A program made the translations under genes and the position numbers. DNA of 64,000 nucleotides from Oculina patagonica (taxonomy: Eukaryota), in assembly GCF_052425735.1 (NCBI RefSeq), contig NC_135767.1, forward strand, positions 14,880,001 through 14,944,000. The letters run 5' to 3'. How positions within the stretch are numbered: the stretch's first letter is position 1; each line of letters opens with the position of its first letter. Shown piece by piece: positions 35,274 through 48,483 of the stretch. The notes under the pieces were generated by a model. The model searched no databases and was not told the DNA's origin. It saw only the letters and a list, made by a program, of their open reading frames with translations.

Positions 35274-36756
35274 TAATCCATACTAAGCAGAGACATTAAA
35301 CAGCCAGCTTCCATTAGTTATTTACAATGTTCAGCCCCGAAATGATGTAAACTTCAACAAAAGAAACTTCAATTCTAATGTTCACATACTTTTTCCCACG
35401 GTCACTGACTTAGGTAATAATAAGCAGGACCCGAAATATCACAAACAGTCGTGCTCAAAAGTCGCTTTCAGACAAGCTCAAATGTATTACTTTCTCAGTC
35501 TCTAAAATGTTCTCATTCTTGACTGAATCTAGGATTTCCTGAAAGAGCCTTGCGGAGAAATTGCATGAAAATTAATTAAAAGCTAAGTATTCAAATAAGA
35601 AAAAATGACACCAATACCATGTGGTATGGTTTTAAAAAAACAATTTTTTTTTTTTGCGTTGTCCTGCAGCTTTAGATAAAGCGGACTAAATAGACAGAAA
35701 AGACGACGATGTGATCAGAATACAATAGTCAAGGTTGCAGCTTGTCATTATGTTCTCCAGTTGGATGTACACGCCTCGGAGATGTTATTACATGAGGTTA
35801 GAATATTTACAAATAAGAACCGTGGGCCTTAATGCCTTCTTTGGCAACTTTTGAATGAATGTTTATGTATCCTGTTCCTCCTAGATTAGATGCCATGCAT
35901 ATAAACAAGTATGTATGTGTTGCTTTGGCAAAGCTCTGTTTGATTGGCAGATTTTGGCCACGGGTGTGGCCGTTTATTTTTTATATCAAGGATAGAAAGC
36001 TTAAAATATGGAAACCTTAAAGTATTATACCAGCAAAGGTGAGGGAGAACCAGCCAACCCAAACCAACAACAACAGAACGCAGGGAGCGGAGGGAGGGGA
36101 AACTTTTCTTCACTCGTTTACGCCATAAGCGTAAAGACGATGTAACCGCGCCTTCATAACCTAAAAGCCCGCGAAAATGTAACCGGAAGTGATAGTTGGA
36201 GAGAATTTCACCGGAAGCTGGTAAAGACTTACGAAACAAGCTACATAAAACCATTTATTTTTGCAAAATAAATATCCTTTATGTATGACTAAGTTTTGCA
36301 ATACTGACACATCTGTCACTTTGAAAATTATTCATAACAGTCAGTCTCTAATGATCTCCAACAGAACACGGGACACGCGAAAACCGGAACACATACAGAA
36401 AAAGCAGTTGGTTCAAACGCTATCCCCTTACGTTTTTTTTTCCTTTCTTTCGCCTTCTCGCGGTTTCTTTAGATTGTGTCTATAGGACAAAATGATTAAA
36501 AATTAATGTATTCTTAGTGTTGTCCTCTTACAACAATTTGCACCACTAAACAAAGGGAAATGAAGAAGGAATGTAATTAAAGAGGAAGAAGTGATCATAA
36601 CACAATAGTTGTCTTTCCAAAGCTATATTAACCAAGCCAGGTGTTCACGTCTTCAGAAGATGTTATTTTACATGTGTAGGTTAGTTTATTTCAAATTACA
36701 AACTAGCCTATTGGAACAATCCAAACCACCCATGCAATTTACTCTTACCGGTCACC

Positions 36757-38524
36757 TATGGCGTACGATCCCCGCCAAAATTCATTGTTTGGATTTTAAC
36801 TTCATCATTTAAATTTTCAACTTCAACAATTGAATTTTATATATAAATTCAAAATTTTACACCTTTCTTTCAGATTTCACATTATTGGAGATGTGTTGTA
36901 CACTTATCTTTCCATTTTCTAACTCAACGTTTGTACTTGACCTTGCTCGCTGTACATTTTTAACTCACGTAGAAAATTTTCAACTCGACTTTTTAATTTT
37001 TGTTTACGCTTCAGTGATCATTTGTCAAGACAATAATCCTTTGTCGGGGAGGGAGGGGAGGGGGATAGACCTCCTCCTCAGGCTCTTTCGGCTAGATTCC
37101 TGCCAGGTAGGCATGAATAGATTGTGCTAGTAAATTCTGGAAAAGTTGCTTCACCATATACCCAAAACTTGCTCAAATATCAAAAAGTTGCCACCAAAAT
37201 GTAGAAAAGTTGCTTGCTCTAGAGTCGTTTTGTTTTAGATAAATACTCAACGTGTTTGTTTGTTTGTTGCCATTAAAACATTTTCATTAAATATTCTTAC
37301 AATCATTAAAAGAGGCCAAAAATCCATTGTTATATGATAAATATAAATACTTTGTTGTAATCAATATACTCTTCAATAATAGATAAAAAAATAAAAAAAT
37401 AGATAAAAAATAATAAAAATAAGATTAAAAAAAAATCCTTCGAAATGAAACGACCTTTTATGGTTTGGATAGGTTTTATGTCAATGTGTTGCTCAAAAGT
37501 TTCCAAGGAAGGCAAAAGTTGCCCTAGGTTGCTGGTACTACAGAAAGTTGCTCAAAACGCTAAAAGTTGCGCAAAAGTTGCCGAGCACAATCTATTTATG
37601 CCTACTGCCAGGACGGTGATTATAGTAGAATGTTGCTTCGATTGGAGTATTTAAATCGTATTCTTATAAATTTTGGGGAATTGCCATAATCGCCCTAGCA
37701 TGTTTATCGAGTGCACAGCAATCGAGCGTTCCTACATACAGGACAGACCGTTCTTTCACTGGTCGACCGCAAAGGTCGCCCTCCTTTTATTGTATCGGAT
37801 CGAGGATCAACTGATTTTCCTGGTAGATAAGACCAAGACAAGACCAAGAACCTAATAGCTCACTTGATATCCTGATTCCAAACATAGATATCCTCCTTTC
37901 CACCGTCCTTTTTGAAATTCCCAATAGCTCACTGATTTTAGGTACTGTAAACCCATTATCTACCAGGAAAATCAGTTGATCCTCGATCCGATACAATAAA
38001 AGGAGGGCGACCTTTGCGATCGACCAGTGAAAGAACGGTCTGTCCTGTATGTAGGAACGCTCGATTGCTGTGCACTCGATAAACATGCTAGGGCGATTAT
38101 GGCAATTCCCCAAAATTTATAAGAGTACGATTTAAATACTCCGATCGAAGCAACATTCTACTATAATCACCGTCCTGGCAGGAATCTAGCCGAAAGAGCC
38201 TGGGGAGTAGGTATATCCCTCTCCCCTCCCTCCCCGACAAAGGCTTATTGTCTCGACAAATGATCACTGAAGCGTAAACAAAAATTAAAAAGTCGAGTTG
38301 AAAATTTTCTCAGTGAGTTAAAAATGTACAGCGAGCAAGGTCAAGTACAAACGTTGAGTTAAAAAAAGGAAAGATAAGTGTACAACACATCTCCAATAAT
38401 GTGAAATCTGAAAGAAGGGTGTAAAATTTTGAATTTTGATATAAAATTCAATTGTTGAAGTTGAAAATTTAAATGATGAGGTTAAAATCCAAACAATGAA
38501 TTTTGGCGGGGATCGTACGCCATA
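36757..38524. mobile_element. IS3EU-type non-autonomous foldback element, 6-bp TSD GTCACC
   Basis: GTCACC|TATGGCGTACGATCCCCGCC...GGCGGGGATCGTACGCCATA|GTCACC; ~570-bp inverted arms; minus-strand HTH remnant EDQLIFLVDNGFTVPKISELLGISKRTVERR (37870-37990). Confidence 0.85.
37108..37604. mobile_element. hAT-type MITE, 8-bp TSD CTGCCAGG, nested in the left arm of the IS3EU element
   Basis: CTGCCAGG|TAGGCATGAATAGATTGTGCT...AGCACAATCTATTTATGCCTA|CTGCCAGG; aaagttgc subterminal repeats; the right arm (38170-38190) is the empty site. Confidence 0.92.
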
Positions 38525-39717
38525 GTCACCCGGATTCTAAATGCTTCATTACCAAACATAGTATAATTTTTTTCGACTAAGTTTTGCAATTATAATAACA
38601 ATCTACAGAAACATATGTCACTTTGAAAATTAAGCCATATCTCATAAAAGTCAGACTCGAAAATTCGTCTCCAACTCTGATATACATATCTTCAGATAAT
38701 GATTCAGCAGATCATAGCTATATAGATGCCATTATTTAGGTTGCTGTAGTTTATTTTCGTTCTTTGAATAACAATGCGTGGCTATTGAAAACTTATTATA
38801 AGCGCCTATTATTTGACAATTGCAGACAACCGAAATAAATTTTAAACAGACAGATACTGCCTAAAACACTTAGTTGGTAACTACAGCATCTAATACATAA
38901 AAATCGTGACAGTTTTGAACAGGGAGAAAATAAAACTCTATAAATGGGCATGCAGTTGTCGTTCTTTCGAGCTGATATTTAAATCGGGGAAGAAAAGAAA
39001 GCCATTCTCAAATTATTATCTCTTATATTTTCTTCTTTTTAAAAGCATTCTAGGATTTACACGTTTTCGCCTATCACTAATAAATGCGAAGTTTTACGAG
39101 ACGTCACTTCAAGATGCGATAATTTGGCAGACCGTTAAGTAGCAAAAAAAAGAAAAAAAACCGTCAAGCGATGTCGTTGCAGAATTTAAAAATATATGAT
39201 TAAATATTTACTATTTCTGAGAAAATTCACGAAAAATAAATAGTTGAAAACGATGCATTTTATGTTTATTTACCATTCTCACTGTTCTCTTATTTCTCAT
39301 TTGTTTATAAATTAACAATTAAAAGATCGTGGAGACTATATGACAAGAACTTCTAACTAAAAGCATAGTATGCTTTTAGTTAATTTGACATTTGATTTGG
39401 AAGTGTTTTGTTACTAGCCAAGCCAGGTGCTCTATTTTTATTTTTTTATTTTTTTATTTATTTATTTTTTTTCAGTTTTAGATCTAACCCCTTGCTATAA
39501 CTTTACCCATTCAAATGTTTGCCTAATAAACAACAAATTGAAGCGACTTTTCTTTAATTCTTTTGTATTAATTTAAGCTGGCAGCCACTTGTATAATTAT
39601 GTTTTCCTTTAATTTATTCTGAACTACAAATTTAGGCCTTACATTAGTGGGCAAAAATAATTATTTAAAGGCTGCAAGACAGCAACCGATTTTACGAATA
39701 CGCATTCGACTTTCTTA

Positions 39718-39872
39718 AGGTGGATTTCCACTGACGCGTAATTTTTTACGTGCGTAAAAAAATTAGAGACAATGTATGAACGGCTTGCGTACACGTTTAC
39801 GCAGGCCGTTCATACATTGTCTCTAATTTTTTTCACGCACGTAAAAATTTACGCGTCAGTGGAAATCCACCA
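39718..39872. mobile_element. Hairpin MITE in the upstream cassette of the 40119 gene
   Basis: ggtggatttccactgacgcgtaa...ttacgcgtcagtggaaatccacc, ~75 bp arms, at a ttaa site. Confidence 0.82.
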
Positions 39873-40118
39873 TAAGGCTACAGTTAACATCCTTCAATAC
39901 ATCGTTTAACGTGGTACCTGTATGTAATTCAATACAAGTGGCTTCGGAGTGAAATAATTTATTTAGGTGAAAACTACAATATAAACGGTAATCGAGAAGG
40001 ACAGGGCATATACCAGATATTTATCTGTCAATCATCCAAACACAGGAACTGAAATTGTAGATAAAGTCTTCTCGTCTTTGTGCACCGAAAAACTTTAGAA
40101 GAACTGACCCAAAGAATA

Positions 40119-41057
40119 ATGGCCAACACTTCTTTGCGAGACAACAACTTCACAAACGAGTTGAACCAAACAAGCACCTCGACGTGGCCAACGAGCTTGT
40201 TGTTATTCCTTGTAGTCTTGAATGTTTTCCTATCCATCACCGCAACACTGGGCAATGCCCTAATCCTTGTGGCTCTTCATAAAGAGACTTCTCTTTATCC
40301 TCCAATGAAACTTTTGTTTCGATGCCTGGCTGTCACTGATCTTTGTGTTGGACTTATTTCGCATCCACTCAATATTACCTCGCTCATGTCTTCTATAGTA
40401 ACTGGAATAAACTGGAAAATAATTTACTATGTCGGCAAGTTAGATTATGCTTCAAGCTTCATTTTGTGTGGAGTATCGGTCTACACATCCACCGCAATAA
40501 GTGTGGACAGACTTCTTGCCCTGCTGTTGGGGCTGAGATACAGACACATTATAACATTAAGGCGAGTTCGTGCACTTATAGTATGTTTCTGGTTAATGGG
40601 TATTTTGTGTGCATCAATCTACTTTTGGAATAGAAGTACTGCCTTTTCTGTATACTTTGCTTTTACATTACTTTCACTAGTAACCTTAATCTTCGCTTAC
40701 ACGAAGATATATCTCAAGCTTCGACATTATCAATTTCAAGTGCACGGCCCCAAACGACAACCTAACAAGGGAGGAATTCCACTGAACATCGCACGATACA
40801 AGAAGTCAGTTTCCAGCGTATTATGGGTGCAGTTGACATTAGTTGCTTGCTATGCTCCATTTTTAATATTTGCTATACTACACACATACGGCCAAATGAT
40901 GTTTGGAAATGAGCTTGAAATAACATTCTACTTTACAGGAACTCTTGTTTACTTAAATTCATCTCTAAACCCGATTCTTTACTGTTGGAAGATAAAAACG
41001 GTGCGACAAGCCGCGAAAGACAAGATCAGACAATTAATCTGCTGTAAATCAATCTAG
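40119..41057 (+). CDS. Intronless class A GPCR, divergent subtype D (312 aa), intact
   Basis: GN, LAVTD, SVDR, CYAP, NSSLNPILY, CC tail; distinct ECL1/TM3 (GINWKIIYYVGKLDY). Confidence 0.93.
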   Translation: MANTSLRDNNFTNELNQTSTSTWPTSLLLFLVVLNVFLSITATLGNALILVALHKETSLYPPMKLLFRCLAVTDLCVGLISHPLNITSLMSSIVTGINWKIIYYVGKLDYASSFILCGVSVYTSTAISVDRLLALLLGLRYRHIITLRRVRALIVCFWLMGILCASIYFWNRSTAFSVYFAFTLLSLVTLIFAYTKIYLKLRHYQFQVHGPKRQPNKGGIPLNIARYKKSVSSVLWVQLTLVACYAPFLIFAILHTYGQMMFGNELEITFYFTGTLVYLNSSLNPILYCWKIKTVRQAAKDKIRQLICCKSI

Positions 41058-41252
41058 ATCTTTTAGTAAAGTAGATTCATTGAAGAGTGTTTGTGAACAT
41101 TGACTGCAATGTGTACAGTTGTAGGCTTATTCCTTGTAGTTTGTAGATGTTACGTATTTAGTGGTCCATGTTCAGGTTAAAATTGCTTTTTTAATTTCGG
41201 CTGTGACTTATACTGTCTATACTATCAAGTTTAATGACAAATGGTCTAATCA

Positions 41253-41340
41253 TTTTCGTGGTTTGGGTAGCTACCATAACGCTGGTCATCTAATTCTTTA
41301 CTATTGGAAGATCAAAGAAGTGAGACAGGCAGTGAAGGAG
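41253..41340 (+). pseudogene. Small GPCR TM7/helix 8 fragment
   Basis: ttcgtggtttgggtagctaccataac...attctttactattggaagatcaaagaagtgagacaggcagtgaagga. Confidence 0.75.
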
Positions 41341-43633
41341 AGAGAGAAACTACCACAATGTTCAGTATTTGGCGTGGAAAAATAAATTGTTAGGGAGAAA
41401 TGGATTCTGGAATAAAAAGGCACTCGTTGATATTCATTTTTCCTTGTCATTAACTAATGCGCTTTTATTTCCTACACATTTAATCATTTTTTGGTTGCCT
41501 CTTTCTATATACTTTGAAAACTCACAAATATAAATAAATGAGACGTTGCGGATAAAGGCGGTGAGAATGAAAATCTTCCATAGTTAGAAAATAATTCCCT
41601 TTAGCTAGGCGGCTGTTGTTTTTCCTCTGACGGTTGTGTTGTTTCGCCGATAAAATTATTTTCTGCCAACAAGCTAGCCGCCAACAACATTTGAAATTCA
41701 CTACACGGGCTGAAACTCACGCGAGGTTAACTTTAACATTAAGTAAAATGGTCAAGCATACGTACATATCTACATTAAAAATATATATTGGAAATTAAAA
41801 ATTGGAAACTTTGTGAGCACTTTTTTAAGTAAAAGTAAAAAGCTTCATACGTTATAAATTCATGAGTGATAGGTTTAATTATGGTGCAGAGCGTGATGAA
41901 TCAATCTAAGGGACCAATGTAAACTTAAATAAATTCGGCTGGCAATCAATGTGTGTCTTTGTTAAGGTACACATTGAAGTATTTTGTCATTAGTTGCAAA
42001 AAGAGAAGTAAAGTTTAGCATGAAAACACTGGCTAGTACGAAAAGAAAAAAACAGCTGTTGCTATCCCATGCTTTTAACCAACTACTTGACGATATTGAA
42101 TCAGGTATTAAATATGCGTAAAGTATGCCGAAATTATGTTGGATTACAGATTATATATTAGTGTTTGTCGGTAGGTGTCGGTCAGTTTTATTGCGTGCAA
42201 GCTTGAAAGGGTTATTTTTCTTTAAATGCCAACTATTCGAAAAAGCAGTTTCCACCTCCATTTGATAAATCACTATTGACAGAAGAAAAGAAGATTCACT
42301 GAACATATTTTAAAATTGAAAACAAGGCACTAAATACATACATAAAGAATATATTAATTAGTAGCAACAAAGGCTCAGTGACGCGACAATATCGCGGCTC
42401 CGTACGAAAAAAGGGGTAAAAAACGTATTCTTAGTCCTGCCTACACTTCCGTAAAGCTTCCAATTTGTAGCATTAAGTTAAGAGGGATGAATTAGGAAGA
42501 AAACATTCGATCGGAAAAGGGGATCAAACTACAATAGTCATCGATACAGCTTGTCATTATGTTTTGGATGTGCACGTCTCGCAGATGTTATTTTACTTGT
42601 GTATGTTAGATTACACAGAGAAAAAAACCGGGGGCCTTAATGCCTTCTTTACCAAACTTTTGAATGATTGTTAATGGCTAAGTTTCTGTTAGTGTTAAAT
42701 GTTTCCAACTATTAAATACAGCTATTTCAATAAAAGTTGTCGGGTCAAAGCTTAAAGCTAAAAGGCAATACCGTATGGCGTTCTGGGTATTCACTACAAA
42801 TTTGCATATAAGCTTCATTAAATGCACAAATTTGTATTTCGCACGTGGAGAATTCACGAGTTTGTTTTTCTTTTCAGGAGGCCTTCCTGTAGCTTTACTT
42901 TCACTATCGCTTAGCTCTGACATTTGTCAGTGTGGCTAAAAGCACCTTGTTTCACATGTCTGAAGAGAAAGAAAACGTGCAAATTCGCGTTTGTCATGTT
43001 ACTATATATTTTGGTATTCAGCACGCGCAGTTGCTCTCTTCTTCTACCCATACTGCCTTTCAGTCTTGTCTTTTACCTTTGATCCGGACAACGTTAACTG
43101 AAATAGCTGTATACATATGAAAACCTTTCTCCAGATAATGGATCAGCACATGTCGTTACTTGGGTACCGGAAATTTCGTCCAAGGAAAATGAAATGAAAA
43201 CCTTTATAGCGTATATTATAAAACGGAACACGGAACACACGAAAACCGGAACACATTCAGAAAAAGCAGATGGTTCGCGCGTTATCCTCCCGTTAGGCTT
43301 TTTATTTTCTTTCTTTTTCTCGCGTTTTCTTTAGAATGTGTCTATAGTCCGTGGCAGGTTACCCCAAACATTTTAGCAAGTTCCATAACTACCGTATTCG
43401 CCGTTATACTCGTTTATCCTCTTAAGTGAAGGGAGCCGTTCTGCATGAAACTAAAATGACTCTATCAACAATATAAAACAACTTTGCAATCGACATAATT
43501 AAAGTCATTACATAATTAGGTTGGTGAGAAAGCCACTTTCTTTTTTTCTTTCTTTCTTTATTTATTTTTTCTTTTCTAATCGACAGTATCTTTGGATTTA
43601 TATGTTTTCGTGGATGCGTTTTCCGCTGTCTTT

Positions 43634-43992
43634 AAATAATAAATAATAATAATAATAAAAGCTTTTATTTATACACGATAAATGTTTTGCAGCATAGCTG
43701 ATGTGGTCGTGTTTACAAATTACTATTGAAGCTAACTAAACCCTTAAATAACAAATAAAGACTACAAACTAAGCATTCCAAACTAACGAAAATACACAGC
43801 CTCTAAATCCCTAATACTTTCAAAGCACCCTTGAAACTTGCCAACGATTCTTTAAGGCGGGCCTCGTTATTCAAAGAATTCCATAATGTGGCCCCTTCAT
43901 AAGTAATCGACTTTTTGAGAAAATCAGTCTTTGGTCTTGGTACTGACAAGCAATTTTTCCTTCTAAGATTGTAATTAGTCTTCTGCTCCGTC
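43634..43992 (-). mobile_element. 5'-truncated LINE (CR1/L2 group) 3' end with (TTA)n tail
   Basis: YNLRRKNCLSVPRPKTDFLKKSITYEGATLWNSL...SFK is typical of the ORF2 C-terminus; tail at 43634-43660; absent from the paralogous cassette (~22370). Confidence 0.8.
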
Positions 43993-44422
43993 CACAAGTT
44001 TCACGTGGCCGTTATTTCAATATGTGAAGATTTGGCAGATCAAAGATAGATTGTTAACAACCTTTCAATTATTGAAGGTTAGCGATGGCGTAATTAGATT
44101 CTACTTTTATGACTTTGTGAGCTACCTAAGTTATTTCATTAGTGAGCAAATAATTAATATTAAATCTTGAAGAGTTAAAACACATCTATGCAGCCATACC
44201 ACGACAACACTGCAATACAACAAACGATTTAACGAATACACATTTTACGACATCTTCTAAATGCAGGTTTAACGTTGTACCTGTAGATAATGAAATACAA
44301 GCAGTATCTGTCAAACATCCATCAGGCAGAAACTAAAATTGTAGTAACAAATATTGTAGTCTTCGCATCTAGGAACTAATTTGCGCCATGAACAAATGGA
44401 AGAAATTTACCCACCAAGAGCA

Positions 44423-45354
44423 ATGACGAACTTTACTTTGGAAGGCGGAAACTACACAAGCAAGATGAACCAAACGAGTGCAGAATCATGGCCGATAGGC
44501 GTACTTATATTGCTTTCAACCTTAAACATTTTTCTATCCATCGCCGCATCACTGGGCAATGCTCTGATTCTCAATTCTCTTCAAAAAGAGTCTACTCTCC
44601 ATTCATCAACAAAACTTTTGTTTCGATGCCTGGCGGTCACTGATCTTTGTGTAGGTTTTATTTCACAACCCTTATATGTAACTTTTATCTTTGCTATATT
44701 CGACATAAGAAAGATAACATGGGATTTCCTCTTCTACATCGGCGAAGGAATTCATGTTACAAGCATTATATTGTGTGGAATGTCGATCTTAACATCAAAA
44801 GCAATAAGTGTGGACAGGCCTCTCGCACTTTTGCTGGGTTTGAGATACAGACACGTTGCAACTTTGAGAAGAACACGTGCAGTCATACTTTGCTTCTCTG
44901 TAATTAGTGTTTCATGCGGAGCGGTGTATTTTTGGAGTCATAGTATTTCCTGGATTGTAATCTATATATTCGGTGTACTTTGTCTAATAATCTCGATCCT
45001 CTCCTACACTAAGATTTATTTAACATTACGACAGCATCAAGCTCAAGTTCAAGACCATGTTCACCAAGGACAACCGAACGGAGGAGGAATTCCATTCGGA
45101 ATATAGCACGATACAAAATGTCAGTGTCCAGCATAGCGTGGGTGCAGTTGGCGTTACTGGCTTGTTATGTTCCGTTTCTCGTTGTGACTATACTGATAAA
45201 TACAACGAAAACTGGACTAACACTTTACATGGTTTGGCTTGTTACGATTACTTTAGTCTACTTAAACTCATCCCTGAACCCGATTCTTTACTGTTGGAAG
45301 ATCAAAGGAGTGAGACAGGCAGCGAAGGACACGATCAAACAGTTGTGCTGTTGA
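44423..45354 (+). pseudogene. GPCR subtype B, recent duplicate of 22849, frameshifted at ~45095
   Basis: ccattcggaatatag vs ccactgaacatag; also T->K and L->P around SVDR and an early TGA at 45352. Confidence 0.9.
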
Positions 45355-45868
45355 TTATGCAGTTGATGCTAAGCATTCGCCTTGCTTGAGCTTTGAATGT
45401 CGTACCGTCGGTAAAATTTGGACAACTTTAATAAACAACTTACAAAACTTGTATATAAAGGTGCGTAAAAACTACACAAGCGAGCTAAACCAAGCAAGCA
45501 TGCAATATGACCAACAGGCGTATTTCCTTTCAGCGATATTTTAGAGAACCTATTTTTTTTTTTTAATTTGTATATTGTTTTGAAAACTCTGATCTATTCG
45601 CAGTATGGTGGGATACTGTTCATAGAAATCACATTGCTGGCAAATTACAAGTTTTAAAAACGTTTAGGAGATTTATAATTATTAAATCAAGAAACACATA
45701 TATTGGAGTAGTACATCATTATTCCCTTATACTACAAGCAAATATTACAAGACCATTCTAGCACGCTAAGTCTGTTTCCACTTTATAAAAGAGCAAAATG
45801 GGTTCTCTATAACATTTTTTATCTTGTACATGTGTCAGAAAGCAACTATTGTGCTTCCTTATGTAAAT

Positions 45869-48483
45869 CAAAGGCTCTATGAGCAAAGTCGTGAATGTGG
45901 TATATTATAAATTGATAGCCCAGAATTAGCCAAAATAAATTTTAAATGAATGCTGACAAACGACAATTTTTGTAATTGTCTATGAAATCTGTTAAACGTA
46001 CGTTATAGTTGAGTCATGTTTAAAATTCTAGCTGGTAAGTGATAAACAACCCCATATTCTAACTGAAAACTAACCATCCAGTAGTCCATCGAGGCCTTCT
46101 AGCTAAGCAGCTAAGAAGTGAAGATTATTTCAGAGCTCAAAATAATTAATGCTGAGAGAGACACGTATAGTGGTAACAAGATATGAGGTACCTTAAGATG
46201 CTGCGAAGCTGGTAATGGAAAGAAGCTAGGGATTTTTTTTTCACCAAACTGTTTCACATTTGCTAAAGGGTTCTTTAATTAATAACCAGGTAACTCAGCC
46301 ATTTTGTACAGGACAGTGGTATTATTTGACATACATTTTTCTCTGTTAAAGAATGGCAGACACTGTGACAGAAGGAAAATGATTAAAAGAAACTAACAGA
46401 TGCCTCATACATGTGACTTCTAAGAATTAAAATTGGCAGGAAACAGTAAAGTCAACATAATTTATTATCAATTTAGAGGCCTGATACATGTAACAAATGA
46501 AAACTGCTGCTTATTTCCTTTTCTGGTACCTTTACTTGCAACAAAAAAGTTTACTTTACCCCTTTACATGCCACGAAAATCATCAATGCATTTTAATCAG
46601 CCTTATTAATTCGTTTTTAAATAATCTCTATACAGTGCCAGCCGTTCTGCATAGATTTGGTGGCCATGTTGGATCTGAACCTTAAAGCTTGTTTACCTTT
46701 TACTCTTTGTTTTCAGCGGTCAATAACAATAACTTCCAAATATTTTATTTTGCAAGCCTTACAGTCTGCTAAAAGTCAATTTATAGAGAGCAGTATTCAC
46801 TGTCTGTGAAATGAGAGTAAATTTGAAATAAAATTCTTTTTCTGATCATGTGTTTCATACAAGTTACTGCAGGATCTTCATTTCAGCCCACACCTCTTGA
46901 CAGCCTAGCCCCATGCAGAGTTCAGTGATGTGCTGTATTGCAGGATATTGTTTTGGCGAATCTGTAAATTAATTCAAAATTCTATGTGCCTTGTTAAAAT
47001 AAATCTGTAGGACAACACGTACAACAAACCATTCAAGTGTAAGCAATTTGTTATTTATCAACATGACATGCAACCAGGTTCCTTTTCGGCTGAGATGACT
47101 GCATGCATTTATTTGGGGGGGAGGGGGGGGGCATAGGACATGTACAGAAATCAACCTTAAGGTTACTATTGTTATATTAGTGGCTATATATTACATTTTA
47201 GCGATTTTAGTGAGTTGGGCAAAAATCGCTTAATTTAGTACTTGCTAAAATTTGTCTTGGTCAAATTTCAAGTACCTCCCCGGTACCCCCTTCCCACCCT
47301 AATGGAACACAAAAATGGATACTGGTAACTTTGTTCTTTTAGGCAATGCAATTTATGTTCATTCAATGTCAAGAGACAACGGTAGTTTTTTTCTTTTACT
47401 GAACATTTATTTTCATCTTAGCCATATGTTCATCACCGGCCAGTAAAAGCTGGTTTACACGATATTACTATTTTTTGAAGTTTTTGGAAAATCCCTATAT
47501 TAAAATATAGGGATTTTCCAAAAAAAGTCGCTAAATCTTGCTCAGAAAAAATAAATTAATAGCCGCAAACAATAGTACTCTCTCAGTATTTCTTTGAATG
47601 TCTACCCCATAGCACTCAGTGAATGTTGACAAAGCAAAAAATTACCTGAGTGCAATGATACACCCCTGAAGAACTACAGTTACCACATTTGAACTAATAT
47701 GTCCCTTTTTTGACAGACCATGTGTATGAAGAAAAATAATTGTAAGGGACTGATGCATAATACTGTGTTTACAAATGTAGTTTTGCCTTCAAAAGCGGCA
47801 GAGCAAATTTATCATTCACATAAGGCTTGCTACCTAATGAGCTACGAATGCCAAAGGACATTTTGATTTAAGTTTAAGTCACGAGATAGATGTACTTGGG
47901 AATTTCGTTAACGAGAGTGTGACAACGAATATAAAATATTACTAGATACAAAAACTTGACGAACGTGCAAATGAATGATCGACCGAAAGACAAAGCAAGC
48001 CAACTATAAATATCTCTAAACGAATCAGTTTAATCTTGCTGAGTGAGACTAATTTGTAGCGGAAAATACAGCCTTATTTAGGGTGATTTATTACTTACCA
48101 ACTATTTGATTGCATTTCAATGAAAGATAATCTCATATCCGCGGACTTTCAAAATAAGCTCTTGATCGGCGTGTAAGTTTCTTGCTTCCTTGGCCATCCT
48201 TTCCGTTGCATTGTGTGTAAATGTGGATTCGAGCACTGGCCTCACTAGAAAAATTCCTTCCAGAAAGGAAAAAATATTCGTATTCTCCTGATGTACATCC
48301 ACAAGTTCGCATTACAACTCGGGAAACCAGCCCTTGTCCACGTTCGTCCGCCATTTTGAACTTAATTTAAACTTAATATAAAATTGCCAGGTTACCAAGG
48401 GAGTTTACACAAATTTAATTGAGTTTCTCCAGCAAACCGCAATAAGTCGTTCATTGCATTCACGACTTAAAAATGGTCCTTTG
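45869..48483 (-). mobile_element. 2.6-kb putative DNA transposon remnant with CAAAGG...CCTTTG ends
   Basis: Absent from the duplicate copy (24290/24296); imperfect inverted ends CAAAGG-n8/10-AAGTCGTGAATG; broken minus-strand ORF starting ttcaaaATGGCG at 48354; no TSD seen. Confidence 0.5.

Noticed and set aside
37140-37585. CRISPR-like or regularly spaced aaagttgc repeats (also taaacgccgg at 6685-7125)
   Set aside because: Short, irregularly spaced subterminal repeats of MITEs; no repeat-spacer structure and no cas genes
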